Source of the DNA: Isurus oxyrinchus
Lineage: Eukaryota
Direction of reading: 5' to 3'
Length of the DNA stretch: 64,000 nt
NCBI GenBank assembly: GCA_026770705.1
Contig: JANJGN010000006.1
Span: forward strand, 41,726,001 to 41,790,000
In this document: piece by piece, positions 26,883 to 38,880 of the stretch
Position numbering within the stretch: the stretch's first letter is position 1
How the letters are laid out: each line of letters starts with the position of its first letter
The notes under the pieces: generated by a model
Seen by the model: only the letters and a program-made list of their open reading frames with translations
Database searches by the model: none
Told to the model about the DNA's origin: nothing
Position numbers and translations under genes: made by a program

Positions 26883-29668
26883 GATGAAAAGATTTTTTTT
26901 AAAAAGAGTATTGTAATATTTTTTATCATTTACAGTGACCAATCTGCTTCTATAAAAATTCAGTATGTCCCCCCCTCTCTCTAATATATTTAAATTCTTA
27001 CATGGATCATTGAAAACTTTCCTTGTAAAAATAAAAATACCCTCAGTGGCTCCCTGTCACACCATTGCCTGGTACTGTTATTTTTTGCTCACATTTTCTT
27101 GGTACTTGTTTCAATTCAAGATAATTTATATTTCACCTATCTATTACATCATTTCTCGTTTCATCAAAATGCTTTCTTTATGGTGTCTCAGATTTAATGG
27201 TTCCACACAGACGTTTTAATCCAGAATGCTGCAATCAAAGCATGTGTAGTGAAATGCCATTTTCCCGAATGTATCAGTATCATTAAGCCTGTGCTCTAAT
27301 TTTTTTAAATTACTGAAAGAATCAAAGGGAGAAATTTCAGAAGTTTTATTCATCATCAACAACTTGCATTAATATAGCACCTTAGCTTAGTAAAACATTC
27401 CAAGGCACTTCCTAGGAGCATTATCAAACAGAATGTGACACTAAACCACATAAGGTGTTAGGAAAGATAAATAAAAGCTTGGTCAAAGATGTAGGTTTTA
27501 AGGAGCATTTTAAAGGTTGAGAGAAGGGACTTGGGAATACCAGACCTTTAGGGCCGACGCAGCTGAAGATATAGTCTGCCAATGGTGGAACAATTAAAAT
27601 TGGAGATACGCAAGAAGCCAGAATTGGAAGAGAGCAGAGATTTCCAAGGGTTGTAGGAATAAGGGAGATTCCAGAGAAAGGGGCCAAGCCATTGTTGAGT
27701 TTGAAGAGAAGAATGAGAATATTAAAATCAGGGTGATGCCAGACCAGGAGCCAATGTGGGTCAGCAAGCACAAAAGTATTGAGTGAGCACAACTTGGTTC
27801 AGGTAAAGTTCATACTATAAAAGATGATGTGAGAGATTTGGAAAGTAAAATCACTCTTCATGTTCTATAACTTTCAGAAATCATATTAACCTGAGAGGTT
27901 TTCAGTCGTAATTTTATTTCATTCGTGCAAAGTTGACTTTTGAAGGAAAATCTCTAATTATCTTGCCTGTACTGTTGACAGAGAATGTAATCATTCTACA
28001 TACTAACCTCAGTATGGGTGTGTCTTTCCTCATCTTAATTTGACTTCTATTACAAGTAGTTTGATTTTGAAAGCAAAGGAAGCCTCTTCGAGGAAAGTAA
28101 GGTGAGTGACTTTGGCCTTTTCTACCTACCATTGGGAGATTTTTTATTCACAGGATTGTGTGACACTAGACATACAGGCCAACATTTATTGTCCATCTCT
28201 ATAGACAGCTGAATAGCTTGCTAGGCCATTTTAAAGGGCAGTTAAGAGTCAACCACATTGCTATGGGTCTGGAGTCAGATTTAAACCAAACAGGGTAAGG
28301 ATGGCAGATTTCCTTCCCTAAAGGAAGGAAAGAAAATTGTTTTTTATGACAACCTGGTAATGTAATGAACTAGATTCATTTAATTAATTAAATTTAAATT
28401 GCCCAGTTGCCATGGTGGGATTCAAACTCATCACTGGACCATTAGTCCAGGCCTCAGGATTACTTTAACAGTAAAAGTAATTACAATGCTACCATATCCT
28501 TGAAAGGGTAGTGAGGAGAGTGTTGGGGGAGGATTAAGAATGAGGTGAAAGCAAGGGGGAAGGGAGGATGGGCAGAGCAAGAGTTTCAGATGATCATAGG
28601 GAGGAGGAGATAGGGCTAGCATAGGCAGTGAGGGGATGGGGACTGCAAGGAGATCATTGAGAGCCAATCTTCCCCATAAGTTCCTCTATCAAGTGCAGCT
28701 TGAAGCCATGGGTGGCTCCTTTTTCTGCCAAGCCATAACACAACCAAAAGAAAAGTGTGTGGATGTACAGAAGGGTGAGGGAAAATATGCAGGCCAAAAC
28801 ACAGAAAAGAGCGTCTTCATATTCTCTGCCTTACCACATGCAACATTGCAGGAGATTCACCAGTAATTATGAAAGTCTGACCCCATCTGGAGTACTGTAT
28901 TCAGATTTGGGGACCGTGCCTCAGGAAGGATATATTGGCCTTGGAGTGGGTGCAGAAAAGATGTACCAGAATGATGCCAGGGCTAAATTATGAGGACAAG
29001 TTGCATAAACTCTATTTGTATCCCTTAGAGTTTTGAAGGTTAAACCCTGGGGAGGGTTTAAGCTAACTTGGCAGGGTGATGGAAACCAGAATGTAGCATT
29101 CGAAAGGAGACACAAGGTGCACAAAGGATTGGGAGAGACAGATAGCACTAGAGGTAGAAATAGTAAGGTTTAGGTGAGATCAGATTAATAGGAAACGCAA
29201 TAAGGTCTAAATTAGGTTTACAGTGCATATATGCAAATACACTAAGCACGATACGTAAGATTGTTGAGCTGCAGGAACAAATGGCCACATGGGAATATAC
29301 TGAGGTGATTACTGAGACCTGGGCACTAAATATTCCTGGGTGCAAGGTGCTCATGAAAGATAAGGAAAGAAAGGAGAGGGTAGCAATATTGGTTAAGGAA
29401 AATGTTACAGTTCTGGAGAGAGGATTTCCTGGACGGGTCAAGGATAGAATCTATTTGATTAGAATTAAGAATCAGTAGAGGTACTATTATATGTCTGGGT
29501 GTATTCTGGGCCATGTGTATGACTAGGCCATTAACTAGTAGGAAAGATAAACTTGAAGAGAAATCACATGCAAAAACTATAGGGTAGTGATACTGGGGAA
29601 TGTTAATTATTCTAATATAGACTGGGATAGTAATAATGCAAAGGATAGAGAGGAGGAAGAGTTTCTGA

Positions 29669-29842
29669 TGGAAGCAAAAAACTGCAGATGCTGGAAATCC
29701 AAAACAAAACCAAAAATACCTGGAAAAACTCAGCAGGTCTGGCAGCATCTGTGGAGAGGAGCACCGTTAACATTTCAAGTCCGAGTCCGTTTCAGACTCG
29801 AAACGTTAACTGTGCTCCTCTCCGCAGATGCTGCCAGACCAC
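29669..29842. mobile_element. Short fold-back Penelope-derived element with 12-bp TSD
   Basis: AAGAGTTTCTGA at 29657-29668 and 29843-29854; internal inverted GGTCTGGCAGCATCTG / CAGATGCTGCCAGACC; same sequence as the Penelope 3' end at 33460-33570. Confidence 0.8.
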
Positions 29843-31915
29843 AAGAGTTTCTGAAATGTGTTCAGGAAAATGTTCTTGATCAGTATGTTCCAGCCCAATG
29901 AGGAAGGAGGCATTGCTGGATCTGGTTCAAGGGAATGAGGTGGGACAAGTGGATCTAAGGTCAGTGGGAGAATGTTTAGGGAACAGTTGTCATAGTATCA
30001 TAGAGTTTAGGTTAATCATGGAAAAGGACAGGGAGCAAGTCGAGTAAAAATACTTAATTGAAAGTGGACCATTGCAATGGGGTAAGAATGGAACTATCCC
30101 AGGTAAATTGGATTGAAGGATTGAGGAGTAAATGAGCAATGGTCTGCCATTGAAGAGGAGGTGATACAGAACACTTGAAGTACATTCTTTCAAGGGGGAA
30201 AGGCAGGGAAATCAACGACAGATCTCCTTGGATGATGAAAGAGATTATCAGAGTAAGTTGAAATAGAGTGCATATGACAAATGTCAGTTGATAGTATAAG
30301 TAAGGACCCCATGCTGAATATAGACAGTTCAGAGGTGAAGTGAAAAAGAAGATAAAAGAGGCAAAGACAGAGTATGAGAAGAGACTGGCAACAAACATAA
30401 AGGGGAATCCAAAAGTATTTTACAGGCATATAAGTAGTAAAAGGGTAGTAGGAGGACTGGTGGAGCACATTAGGATTCAAAAAGGAGAAACTACGAATGG
30501 AGGCAGAGGGCATAACTGAGATACTAATTGAGTATCATGCATCTCCCTTTACTAAGAAGGATTCTGCCCAAGCCTTAGTGAAAGGGGGAGTAGTTGAGGT
30601 ACTGTAACAACTAAAAATTGATTAAGAGGAGGTATTGGATAGGCTGGCTTTGCTTAAAGTTGATAAATGGATGAGATTCATCCAAGGACACTGAAGGAGG
30701 TAAGGGTGGAAATTGCAGAGGTGTGGGTCATAATCTTCCAGCCCTCCTTAGATACAGGGGTTGTGCCAGAGGACTGGAGAATTGCAAGTGGTAAACCTTT
30801 GCTCAAACAGGTGTAAGGATGAACCTAGCAACTACAGGGCAATCAATTTAAACTGCATGGTGGGAAGGCATTTAGAAATGATAATTCAGGACAAAATGAA
30901 GTCATTGGATAAGTGCGGGTTAATTAAAGAAAGCCGGCACAGATTTGTTAATGGTAAATCATGTTTAACTGAACTAATTGAGTTTTTTGATGAGGCAACA
31001 GGGAGGGTTGATGAAGGTAATGTAATTGATGTGGTGTATATGGATTTCCAAAAGGCGTTTGATGAAATGCCATTTAAGAACATAAGAACAGGGAGCAGAA
31101 GGAGTCCATACAGCTCATTGAGCCTGCTGATCTTAGGCTACCATTCCACTTTCCCACCGGCTTCCCATATCTCTTAATTCCCTGGGAGACCAAAAATCTG
31201 TCTATCTCAGCCTTAATTATATTCAATGATGTCACATCCACAACTCTCTGGGGTAGAGAATCCCAAAGATTCACAACCCTTTGAGTGAAGGAAATTTCTC
31301 ATTTCAGTCCTAAATGATCAGCTACTTATTCTGAAACCATGCCCCCTTGTTCCCCATCCAGGGGAAATAACCTCTCAGTATCTATCCTGTCAAGGCCCTT
31401 TATAATCTTGAATGTTTCAATGAGATCACCTTGCATTTTTCTAAATGCCAGAGAATATAGACCCAATTTACTCAGCTTCTCATCATAGGTGAACCTTCTC
31501 ATCCCACCAATTTAGTGAACCTTTCCCTGTACTGCCACCAATACAAGTATATCCTTAAATATGGAGACCAAAACTGTATGTAATATTCCAGGTATCGTCT
31601 CACCAAAGCCATGTATAATTGTAGCAAAACTTCTTTATTCTTGTACCCCAATCCCTTTGCAATAAATGCCAAATTGCTTTCCTAATTGCTTGCTGTACCT
31701 TCGTGCTAACTTTTTGTGTTCCTTGTGAGAGTACACACAAGTGTCTCTGAACATTTTTTTTTTGCAAAAATATACTTTATTCATAAATCTTCAAAAACAT
31801 TTCGAACCATTTCAAATCACCATTACAAAAATACAAACAGGTTCAACTTTTACAACATGAACAAACAATGAATATTTCAATCATTGGCAGACATTTATTT
31901 TAATCCTGTCTCTTT

Positions 31916-33052
31916 ATGGGGTATGTGGAACATTCCTTGTTGCAGTCCTACTCCAGCCCCCTTCCACAACTTTTTCTCCGGTACATCGATGATTACTTCG
32001 GTGCCGCTTCATGCTCTCGTCGGGACTTGGAAAAATTTATTAATTTTGCTTCCAATCTCCACCCCTCCATCATTTTCACGTGGTCCATCTCTGACACTTC
32101 CCTTCCCTTCCTTGACCTCTCTGTCTCAATCTCTGGTGATAGACTGTCCACCAATATCCATTACAAACCCACCGACTCCCACAGCTACCTCAACTACAGC
32201 TCCTCACACCCCGCTTCCTGTAAGGACTCCATCCCATTCTCCCAGTTCCTTCGCCTTCGTCGCATCTGTTCCGATGATGCTACCTTCAAAAACGGTTCCT
32301 CTGACATGTCCTCCTTCTTCCTTAACCGAGGTTTTCCACCGACGGTCGTTGACAGGGCCCTCAACCGTGTCCGGCCCATCTCCCGCGCATCCGCCCTCAC
32401 GCCTTCTCCTCCCTCCCAGAAACATGATAGGGTCCCCCTTGTCCTCACTTATCACCCCACCAGCCTCCGCATTCAAAGGATCATCCTCCGCCATTTCCGC
32501 CAACTCCAGCATGATGCCACCACCAAACACATCTTCCCTTCACCCCCCTTATCGGCATTCCGTAGGGATCGCTCCCTCCGGGACACCCTGGTCCACTCCT
32601 CCATCACCCCCTACTCCTCAACCCCCTCCTATGGCACCACCCCATGCCCACGCAAAAGATGTAACACCTGCCCCTTCACTTCCTCTCTCCTCACCGTCCA
32701 AGGGCCCAAACATTCCTTTCAAGTGAAGCAGCATTTCACTTGCATTTCCCCCAACTTAGTCTACTGCATTCGTTGCTCCCAATGTGGTCTCCTCTACATT
32801 GGAGAGACCAAACGTAAACTGGGCGACCGCTTTGCAGAACACCTGCATTCTGTCCGCAAGAATGACCCAAACCTCCCTGTCGCTTGCCATTTTAACACTC
32901 CACCCTGCTCTCTTGCCCACATGTCTGTCCTTGGCTTGCTGCATTGTTCCAGTGAAGCCCAACGCAAACTGGAGGAACAACACCTCATCTTCCAACTAGG
33001 CACCTTACAGCCTTCCGGTCTGAATATTGAGTTCAACAACTTTAGGTCGTGA
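31916..33052 (+). CDS. Penelope RT C-terminal half plus GIY-YIG endonuclease (5'-truncated, uninterrupted 378 aa)
   Basis: LRYIDDYF, LPFLDLSV, YKPTDSHSYL; Cys linker CPRKRCNTC; VYCIRCSQCGLLYIGETKRKLGDRFAEH; terminal PSGLN. Confidence 0.88.
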   Translation: MGYVEHSLLQSYSSPLPQLFLRYIDDYFGAASCSRRDLEKFINFASNLHPSIIFTWSISDTSLPFLDLSVSISGDRLSTNIHYKPTDSHSYLNYSSSHPASCKDSIPFSQFLRLRRICSDDATFKNGSSDMSSFFLNRGFPPTVVDRALNRVRPISRASALTPSPPSQKHDRVPLVLTYHPTSLRIQRIILRHFRQLQHDATTKHIFPSPPLSAFRRDRSLRDTLVHSSITPYSSTPSYGTTPCPRKRCNTCPFTSSLLTVQGPKHSFQVKQHFTCISPNLVYCIRCSQCGLLYIGETKRKLGDRFAEHLHSVRKNDPNLPVACHFNTPPCSLAHMSVLGLLHCSSEAQRKLEEQHLIFQLGTLQPSGLNIEFNNFRS

Positions 33053-33440
33053 GCTCCCTCCCCCATCCCCACCCCCTTTCTGTTTCCCCCTTTTTCCTTT
33101 TTTTTTCCCTATAAATTATATAGATTTTTCTTTTCCCACCTATTTCCATTATTTTTAAACATTTTAAAATCTTTTATGCTCCCCCCACCCCCACTAGAGC
33201 TGTACCTTGAGTGCCCTACCATCCATTCTTAATTAGCACATTTGTTTAGATAATATCACCAACTTTAACTTTAACACCTATGTGTTCTTTTGTACCATTG
33301 TCGCTGACATCTTTTGATGATCTGCTTCTATCACTTCTTGTTTGTCTACACAACCACCTCTCTCTCTCTCTATCTCTCCGCCCCCCACACACACACCTTA
33401 AACCAGCTTATATTTCAACTCTTTCTTGGACTCGAAATCA

Positions 33441-33479
33441 AGTTCTGTCGAAGGGTCATGAGGACTCGAAATGTCAACT
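33441..33479 (+). ncRNA. Minimal type I hammerhead ribozyme-like motif in the Penelope 3' repeat (mutated core)
   Basis: AGTT-CTGTCGA-A-GGGTC-atgag-GACTC-GAAA-T-GTC-AACT: stem I, CUGANGA-like core, stem II, GAAA, GUC cleavage triplet. Confidence 0.6.
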
Positions 33480-33672
33480 CTGTTCTTCTCCGCCGATGCT
33501 GCCAGACCTGCTGAGTTTTTCCAGGTAATTCTGTTTTTGTTTTGGATTTCCAGCATCCGCAGTTTTTTTTTTTGTTTTTTTTGTTTTTTTTTGTTTTTAT
33601 TTATTTTAATCTGTACAGCCTGAGGGGCTCTTTACAGTTCCCAGTCCCTCAGTGCACTGTGGCAGAAAGGTC

Positions 33673-36600
33673 TTAGGCAGCGACCCTTCCCCATTGCGCC
33701 TTTGCGGCGGCTGCCCCAAGCTTAACTGTGTCCCTCAGCACGTAGTCCTGGACCTTGGAATGTGCCAGTCTGCAACACTCGGTCGCGGACAACTCCTTGC
33801 GCTGGAAAACCAACAAGTTTCGGGCAGACCAAAGAGCGTCTTTCACTGAGTTGATGATCCTCCAGCTGCAGTTGATGTTTGTCTCAGTGTGTGTCCCTGG
33901 GAACAGCCCGTAGAGCACAGAGTCCTCTGTCACAGAACTGCTCAGGATGAACCTCGACAGAAACCACTGCATCTCTCTCCAGACCTTCTTCGCAAAGACA
34001 CAATCTACAAGGAGGTGAACAACGGTCTCTTCCCCACCACAGCCACCTCGAGGGCAACATGCAGAGGGGGTGAGACTCCTGGCGTGTAGGAAGGATCTTA
34101 CAGGGAGGGCCTTTCTCACCACCAGCCAAGCTACATCTTGGTGTTTGTTGGAAAGTTCTGGTGATGAGGCATTCTGCCAAATGACTTTGTCGGTCTGCTC
34201 AGGGAATCATCCCACAGGATCCACCCTCTCCTTTTCCCTCAGGGCCTTTAAGACGTTACGTGCCAACCACTGCCTGAAGGACTTGTGGTCGAAGGTGTTT
34301 CTCTGCATAAATTTTCCCACGAGGGACAGGTGGTACGGCACAGTCCAACTACTTGGAGCGTTCCGCGGCATCGTGGCCAGACCCATCCTTCGCAACACCG
34401 GGGACAGGTAGAACCTCAGCATGTAGTGACACTTGGTGTTTGCATACTGAGGGTCTACTCACCGCTTGATGCAGCCGCACACAAAAGTGGCCATCAGTAT
34501 GAGGGCGACGTTAGGCATGTTTTTTCCCCCTTTATCTAGAGGCTTGTACATCGTGTCCCTGTGGACACGATCCATTTTCGACCTCCAGATAAAGCGGAAG
34601 ATGGCTCGGGTGATCGCCACCACACAGGAATGTGGAATGGGCCAGACCTGCGCCACGTACAGCAACAGCGAGAGTGCCTCACACCTGATGACCAGGTTCT
34701 TACCCGCAATGGAGAGGGAGCGTCGCTCCCACATGCCCAGTTTCCTTTTCACCATAGACACTCGCTCCTTCCAGTTTCTAACGCGTACCCTGGTCCCTCC
34801 GAACCATATCCCCAGCACCTTCAGGCCATCAGCCCTGACAGTGAAGGGGACAAAGGATCGGTCAGCCCAGTTCCCAAAGAACATGGCCTCGCTCTTCCCA
34901 CGATTTACCTTGGCTCCCGAGGCCAGTTCGAACTGGTCGCAGATGTGGATAAGTCTGTGCACCGACAGCGGATCCGGGCAGAAGACGGCGACATCGTCCA
35001 TGTACAGGGAGACTTTGATCTGAGTGCCTCCACTACCTGGGATCGTCACTCCTCTTATGCCCGGATCCTTCCTGATGGACTCAGCAAAGGGTTCTCTGCA
35101 ACACATGAAAAGAACAGGCGAGAGAGGGCAGCCCTGCCTGACTCCAGATTTAATAGGAAAGCTATCTGATTCCCACCCATTGATTGAGACTGCATTACTG
35201 ATGTTAGTGTAGAGCAGTTGGATCCAATTGCAAATTCCCTCCCCAAACCCCATTTTGGAGAGCACATCCACCATATAGGTGTGTGATATTCTGTCAAAGG
35301 CCTTCTCCTGATCCAGGCTGATGAGGCAGGTATCCACACCCCTGTCCTGTACATAGGCAATCGTATCCCTGAGCAGCACGAGGCTGTCAGAGATCTTCCT
35401 GCCCGGCACAGTGCAGGTCTGGTCAGGGTGAATCACCAATTCCAGAGCGGATTGGACCCGATTGGCGATGACCTTGGACAGAATTTTATAGTCCACATTC
35501 AACAGTGAAATGGGTCGCCAATTTCTAATTTCCTCCCTTTCCCCCTTGTGCTTGTAGATGAGGGTGATAATGCCTTTCCTCATGGATTCTGACATACTGC
35601 CGGCCAGGAGCATACTCTCGTACTTCTAGCAGGTCTGGGCCGATCCAGTCCCACAGAGCCAAATACAGCTCCACCGGCAAGCCGTCGCTTCCGGGAGTTT
35701 TACTCTTCTCGAAGGACTCAAGGGCCTCAGTCAGTTAGTCAGGAGTTAGTGCTTTGTCCAGACTCTCCCGTGTACTGTCATCTAAGACCTCCGTGATAGA
35801 GGACAGGAAGGACTGGGAGGCCGTGCTGTCTGTGGGCTTCACGTCATACAATCCGGCATAGAAGGATTTGCTTATCCTCAAAATGTCAGATTGCAATGAC
35901 TTAACTGAGCCGTCTTCTTCCTTCAGGCTGCTGATCACAGAGCTCTCTCTGTGTACCTTTTGGAAGAAGAAACGTGAGCACGTCTCATCCTGCTCTGCTG
36001 AGCAGACTCTGGAACGGAAGATGATCTTGGAGGCCTCCGAGGCAAAGAGCGAGGCTTGCTGGCTCTTCACCTCTTGGAGTTCCTCCTTGATATCGACCCC
36101 CATCGACCGCAGCCAGAGCAGGTTCTGCATGTTTTTCTGGAGTCGGGGCATTTCCCTCTGTTCCTTTCTAGCTTTCTGGGTGCCTTTGAGGACGAAAAAC
36201 CTCTTGATGTTTCCCTTGATCGCTTCCCACCAGTGTGTCAGGGACTCAAAGTGGGGTTTCATGGTTCTCCAACCTTTGTAATCCCTCTTGAGCTCTTCAA
36301 TGTCTCTGGGGTCAGCAGTTGCACGTTTAGCTTCCATGCCCCCCTGCCAACCCTCTGGTCCTTCTCTAAGTGACAGTCAGCCAGTAGGAGGCAGTGGTCA
36401 GAGAAGAACACCGGCTTGACGTCGGTGGATCTGACTGTGAATGCACAGGACACAAACAGGAAATCTATCCTGGAACAGACAGACCCGTCAGGCCGCAACC
36501 AGGTGTATCTACGCTGCGCTCCGTCTGCAGGGTTGCTGAAGACGTCATGCAGCTTGGCATCATCAGGGATCTGGATGTAGCATCCAATCTGCTGTCGGTC

Positions 36601-37064
36601 CTGCCGGATCGTCCAGCCACATCGATGATGCAGTTGAAGTCACCGCCCAGAATGACTGGCCTGGAGGTTGCCAGCAGCAGTGGGAGCTGCTGAAGAATCT
36701 CCAGCCGCTCAGCCCCTTGTGGCGGGGTGTAGACGTTAATTAAACGGAGTGGAGCATTCTTATACATTACGTCTGCTACGAGGAGGCGCCCGCCCACCAC
36801 CTCCTTAACCTGGGAGACGGTGAAGCTGCCTCCCCACAGCACAATCCCCAGGCCGGAGGAATGAGAGTCGTTTCCTCCCGACCAGATCGATGACCCATGG
36901 GACCACCATCGTAACCATTGCCTGTAGGAGCTGAGGTGCGGTATCGCACACTCCTGTAGAAACAGCAGGTCAGCTTTGACCTTGGCAAGGTATTCCATGG
37001 TCATAACACATCGCGTAGTAGATTTAATGCTACGCACATTTATGGACACAATCTTTACACCCAT
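33673..37064 (-). pseudogene. Tx1 ORF2 (APE endonuclease - RT - CCHC finger), several frameshifts and stops
   Basis: SINVRS, LQE, LGGDFNC, SRIDFLFV, FSDH; NWRPISLLNVDYKIL, LDQEKAFD, GVRQGCPLSP, YMDD; CPRGGCGGEETVVHLLVDC. Confidence 0.93.
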
Positions 37065-37074
37065 TTTAACGCAG

Positions 37075-37850
37075 TTAGTCGCTTACCAAACCTGTTGTCT
37101 CTGAGAGTTCCTTCATGCCCGTGGTGTGCTCAAATTGCTTCACTTGGGATGGGCTGAGGAAAGCGTCCTGAACCTCCCCATTGGAGATGTTCTGCTCGGG
37201 TGGCATCTGGGGGTCCGTGCAGAGAGCGGGGTTTGAAATGTCCTCTGTTGGAGAAGCCTCTCCAATCCTCTCCCCCTCTGGGGCGTTGCTGCTCCCGGCT
37301 TCCCGGAGCTGGGGTGCGCTGAGCGCCTCACTGTTCCCAGATTCCTGGGGTTGTGGTGCACTGGCCTTTTTGGGTTGTGGGCCAAGTTGGGGTGCGCTGG
37401 TCTCCTCATTGTCACCAATGTTCTGGAGCTTGGATGACTCGTCCTCCAACTCCCTAGCATTTTGCCACTTCTTCTGTTGGCGCCGCCCTGGCCCTTCTTC
37501 GTCCGAAGAGCTGCTGCTCTTGTTATCCGTGTCGGTTAGGAGACGCCTCTTGACTCTCGTCTGGGAAGTGGCTTGGTTTCTTTTTAGCCCCTTCTTCCTT
37601 TTGGCTCTCTTCACCAGCTGCCACTCCCCCTGCTGCTTTCCCACTGCTGCCTCCTCCTCCGTTCTCTCCTGAGGAGTGGGAGGTTCAGGGGACAGTGCTG
37701 TTGATTGGCTGTCTGTTGCCCCAATCTTTTCCTCCATCTTGTCTCTCTCTGTGTCCTCCTTTGTCCCGTTGTTCTCCCTGGGGGCCTTGGTGGTTGGTGT
37801 GACACGAGGCATTTCTTCTGCTTCCCCCTCGTTGGCTTTGGCTGCCTGTG
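37075..37850 (-). pseudogene. Tx1 ORF1 C-terminal half (acidic/basic low-complexity), open frame
   Basis: 245-aa ORF ending 10 nt before the ORF2 ATG at 37064; in frame with AQAAKANEGEAEEMP at the truncation point. Confidence 0.8.
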
Positions 37851-38764
37851 CAAGTGTCTCTGAACATCAACATTTAAAAGTTTCACATCTTTCAAAATAT
37901 TGTGCTTTTCTATTCTTACTACCAAAGTGAATAGTGTCACACTTCCCCACATTATATTCCATCTGTCATCTTGTTGCCCACTCACTTAACTTGTCTATAT
38001 CTCTTTGCAGTCCCTCTGTGTCCTCCTCACAGCTTGCATTCCCACCTAGCTTTGTATCATCATCAAACTTAGATACATTACTTTCTGTCTCTTCATCTAA
38101 CTCATTAATATGGATTATAAATAGCTGAGGCTTCAGCACTGATCCTTGTGGCAGTTACAGACTGCCAACATGAAAATGCCCATTTATCCCTACCCTCTGC
38201 TTCCTGTCCTTAATAGACTTGTCAGCGAAGTTGACGCCCATGGATTAAAAGGGAAAGTGGCAGCATGAATACGAAGTTGGCTGAGTGACAGGAAACAGAG
38301 TAGTAATGAAAAGTTGTTTTCAAACTGGAGGAAGGTGTATAGTGGGGTTCCCCAGGGGTCGGTGTGGGGCCCAGAGTCTTTCTTGATCTATATTAATCAC
38401 CTAGACTTGGGTGTACAGAGTAAAATTTATGGGTGACACAAGAATTGGAAATATTGTGAACTGTGAGGAGGATAGTGGTAGACTTCAAGGGGTCATAGAC
38501 AAGCTGGTGGAATGGGCAGACACATAATAGATGAAGTTTAATACAGAGAAGAGTGGAATGATGCGTTTTGGTAGGAAGGATGTGGAAAGGCAATACAAAA
38601 TACAATTCTAAAGGGGGTGCAGAAACAGAGGAACCTGGAGGTTTATGTGCACAAATCATTGAAGGTGGCAGGGCACTTTGAGGAAGCAGTTAATAAAGCA
38701 TATGGGACCCTGGGCTTTATAAATAGAGGTGTATAGTACAAAAGCACGCAAGATATAATGAACC

Positions 38765-38880
38765 AAAATAAAAAATGCTGGAAAAATGCAGCAGCTCCAA
38801 CAGCATCTGTAGAGAGAAAAACAGAGTTAACGTTTCGAGTCTGTCTGACTCTTCTTCAGAGCTCTTCTTCTTCTTCATGT
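38765..38880 (-). mobile_element. Solo Penelope 3' repeat with hammerhead motif (38826-38864) and 11-bp TSD
   Basis: TATAATGAACC at 38754-38764 and 38881-38891; minus strand GAGCT-CTGAAGA-A-GAGTC-agaca-GACTC-GAAAC-GTT-AACTC. Confidence 0.8.

Larger units (their letters stand above)
31906..33598 (+). mobile_element. Penelope-like element (Neptune-type), 5'-truncated, inserted in the Tx1 3' UTR
   Basis: 13-bp TSD ATTTATTTTAATC at 31893-31905 and 33599-33611; RT plus GIY-YIG ORF; T-rich 3' tail. Confidence 0.92.
31755..37850 (-). mobile_element. Tx1-clade LINE copy 2, 5'-truncated inside ORF1, with poly(A) tail and TSD
   Basis: T-run at 31754-31763 with TTTATT (AATAAA on minus) at 31776-31781. 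TSD CAAGTGTCTCTGAACAT at 31738-31754 and 37851-37867. Confidence 0.93.
31075..38209 (-). mobile_element. CR1 3' fragment (second layer), pieces 31075-31753 and 37868-38209, split by Tx1 copy 2
   Basis: Reverse tail AAGAACATAAGAAC at 31076; MNLWDSLPQRVVD ORF; sequence contiguous across the Tx1 TSD. Confidence 0.82.

Noticed and set aside
31884-32726. 280-aa Pro/Ser-rich ORF overlapping the Penelope ORF
   Set aside because: Alternative-frame product of C-rich codon bias; it starts outside the element, across the TSD.
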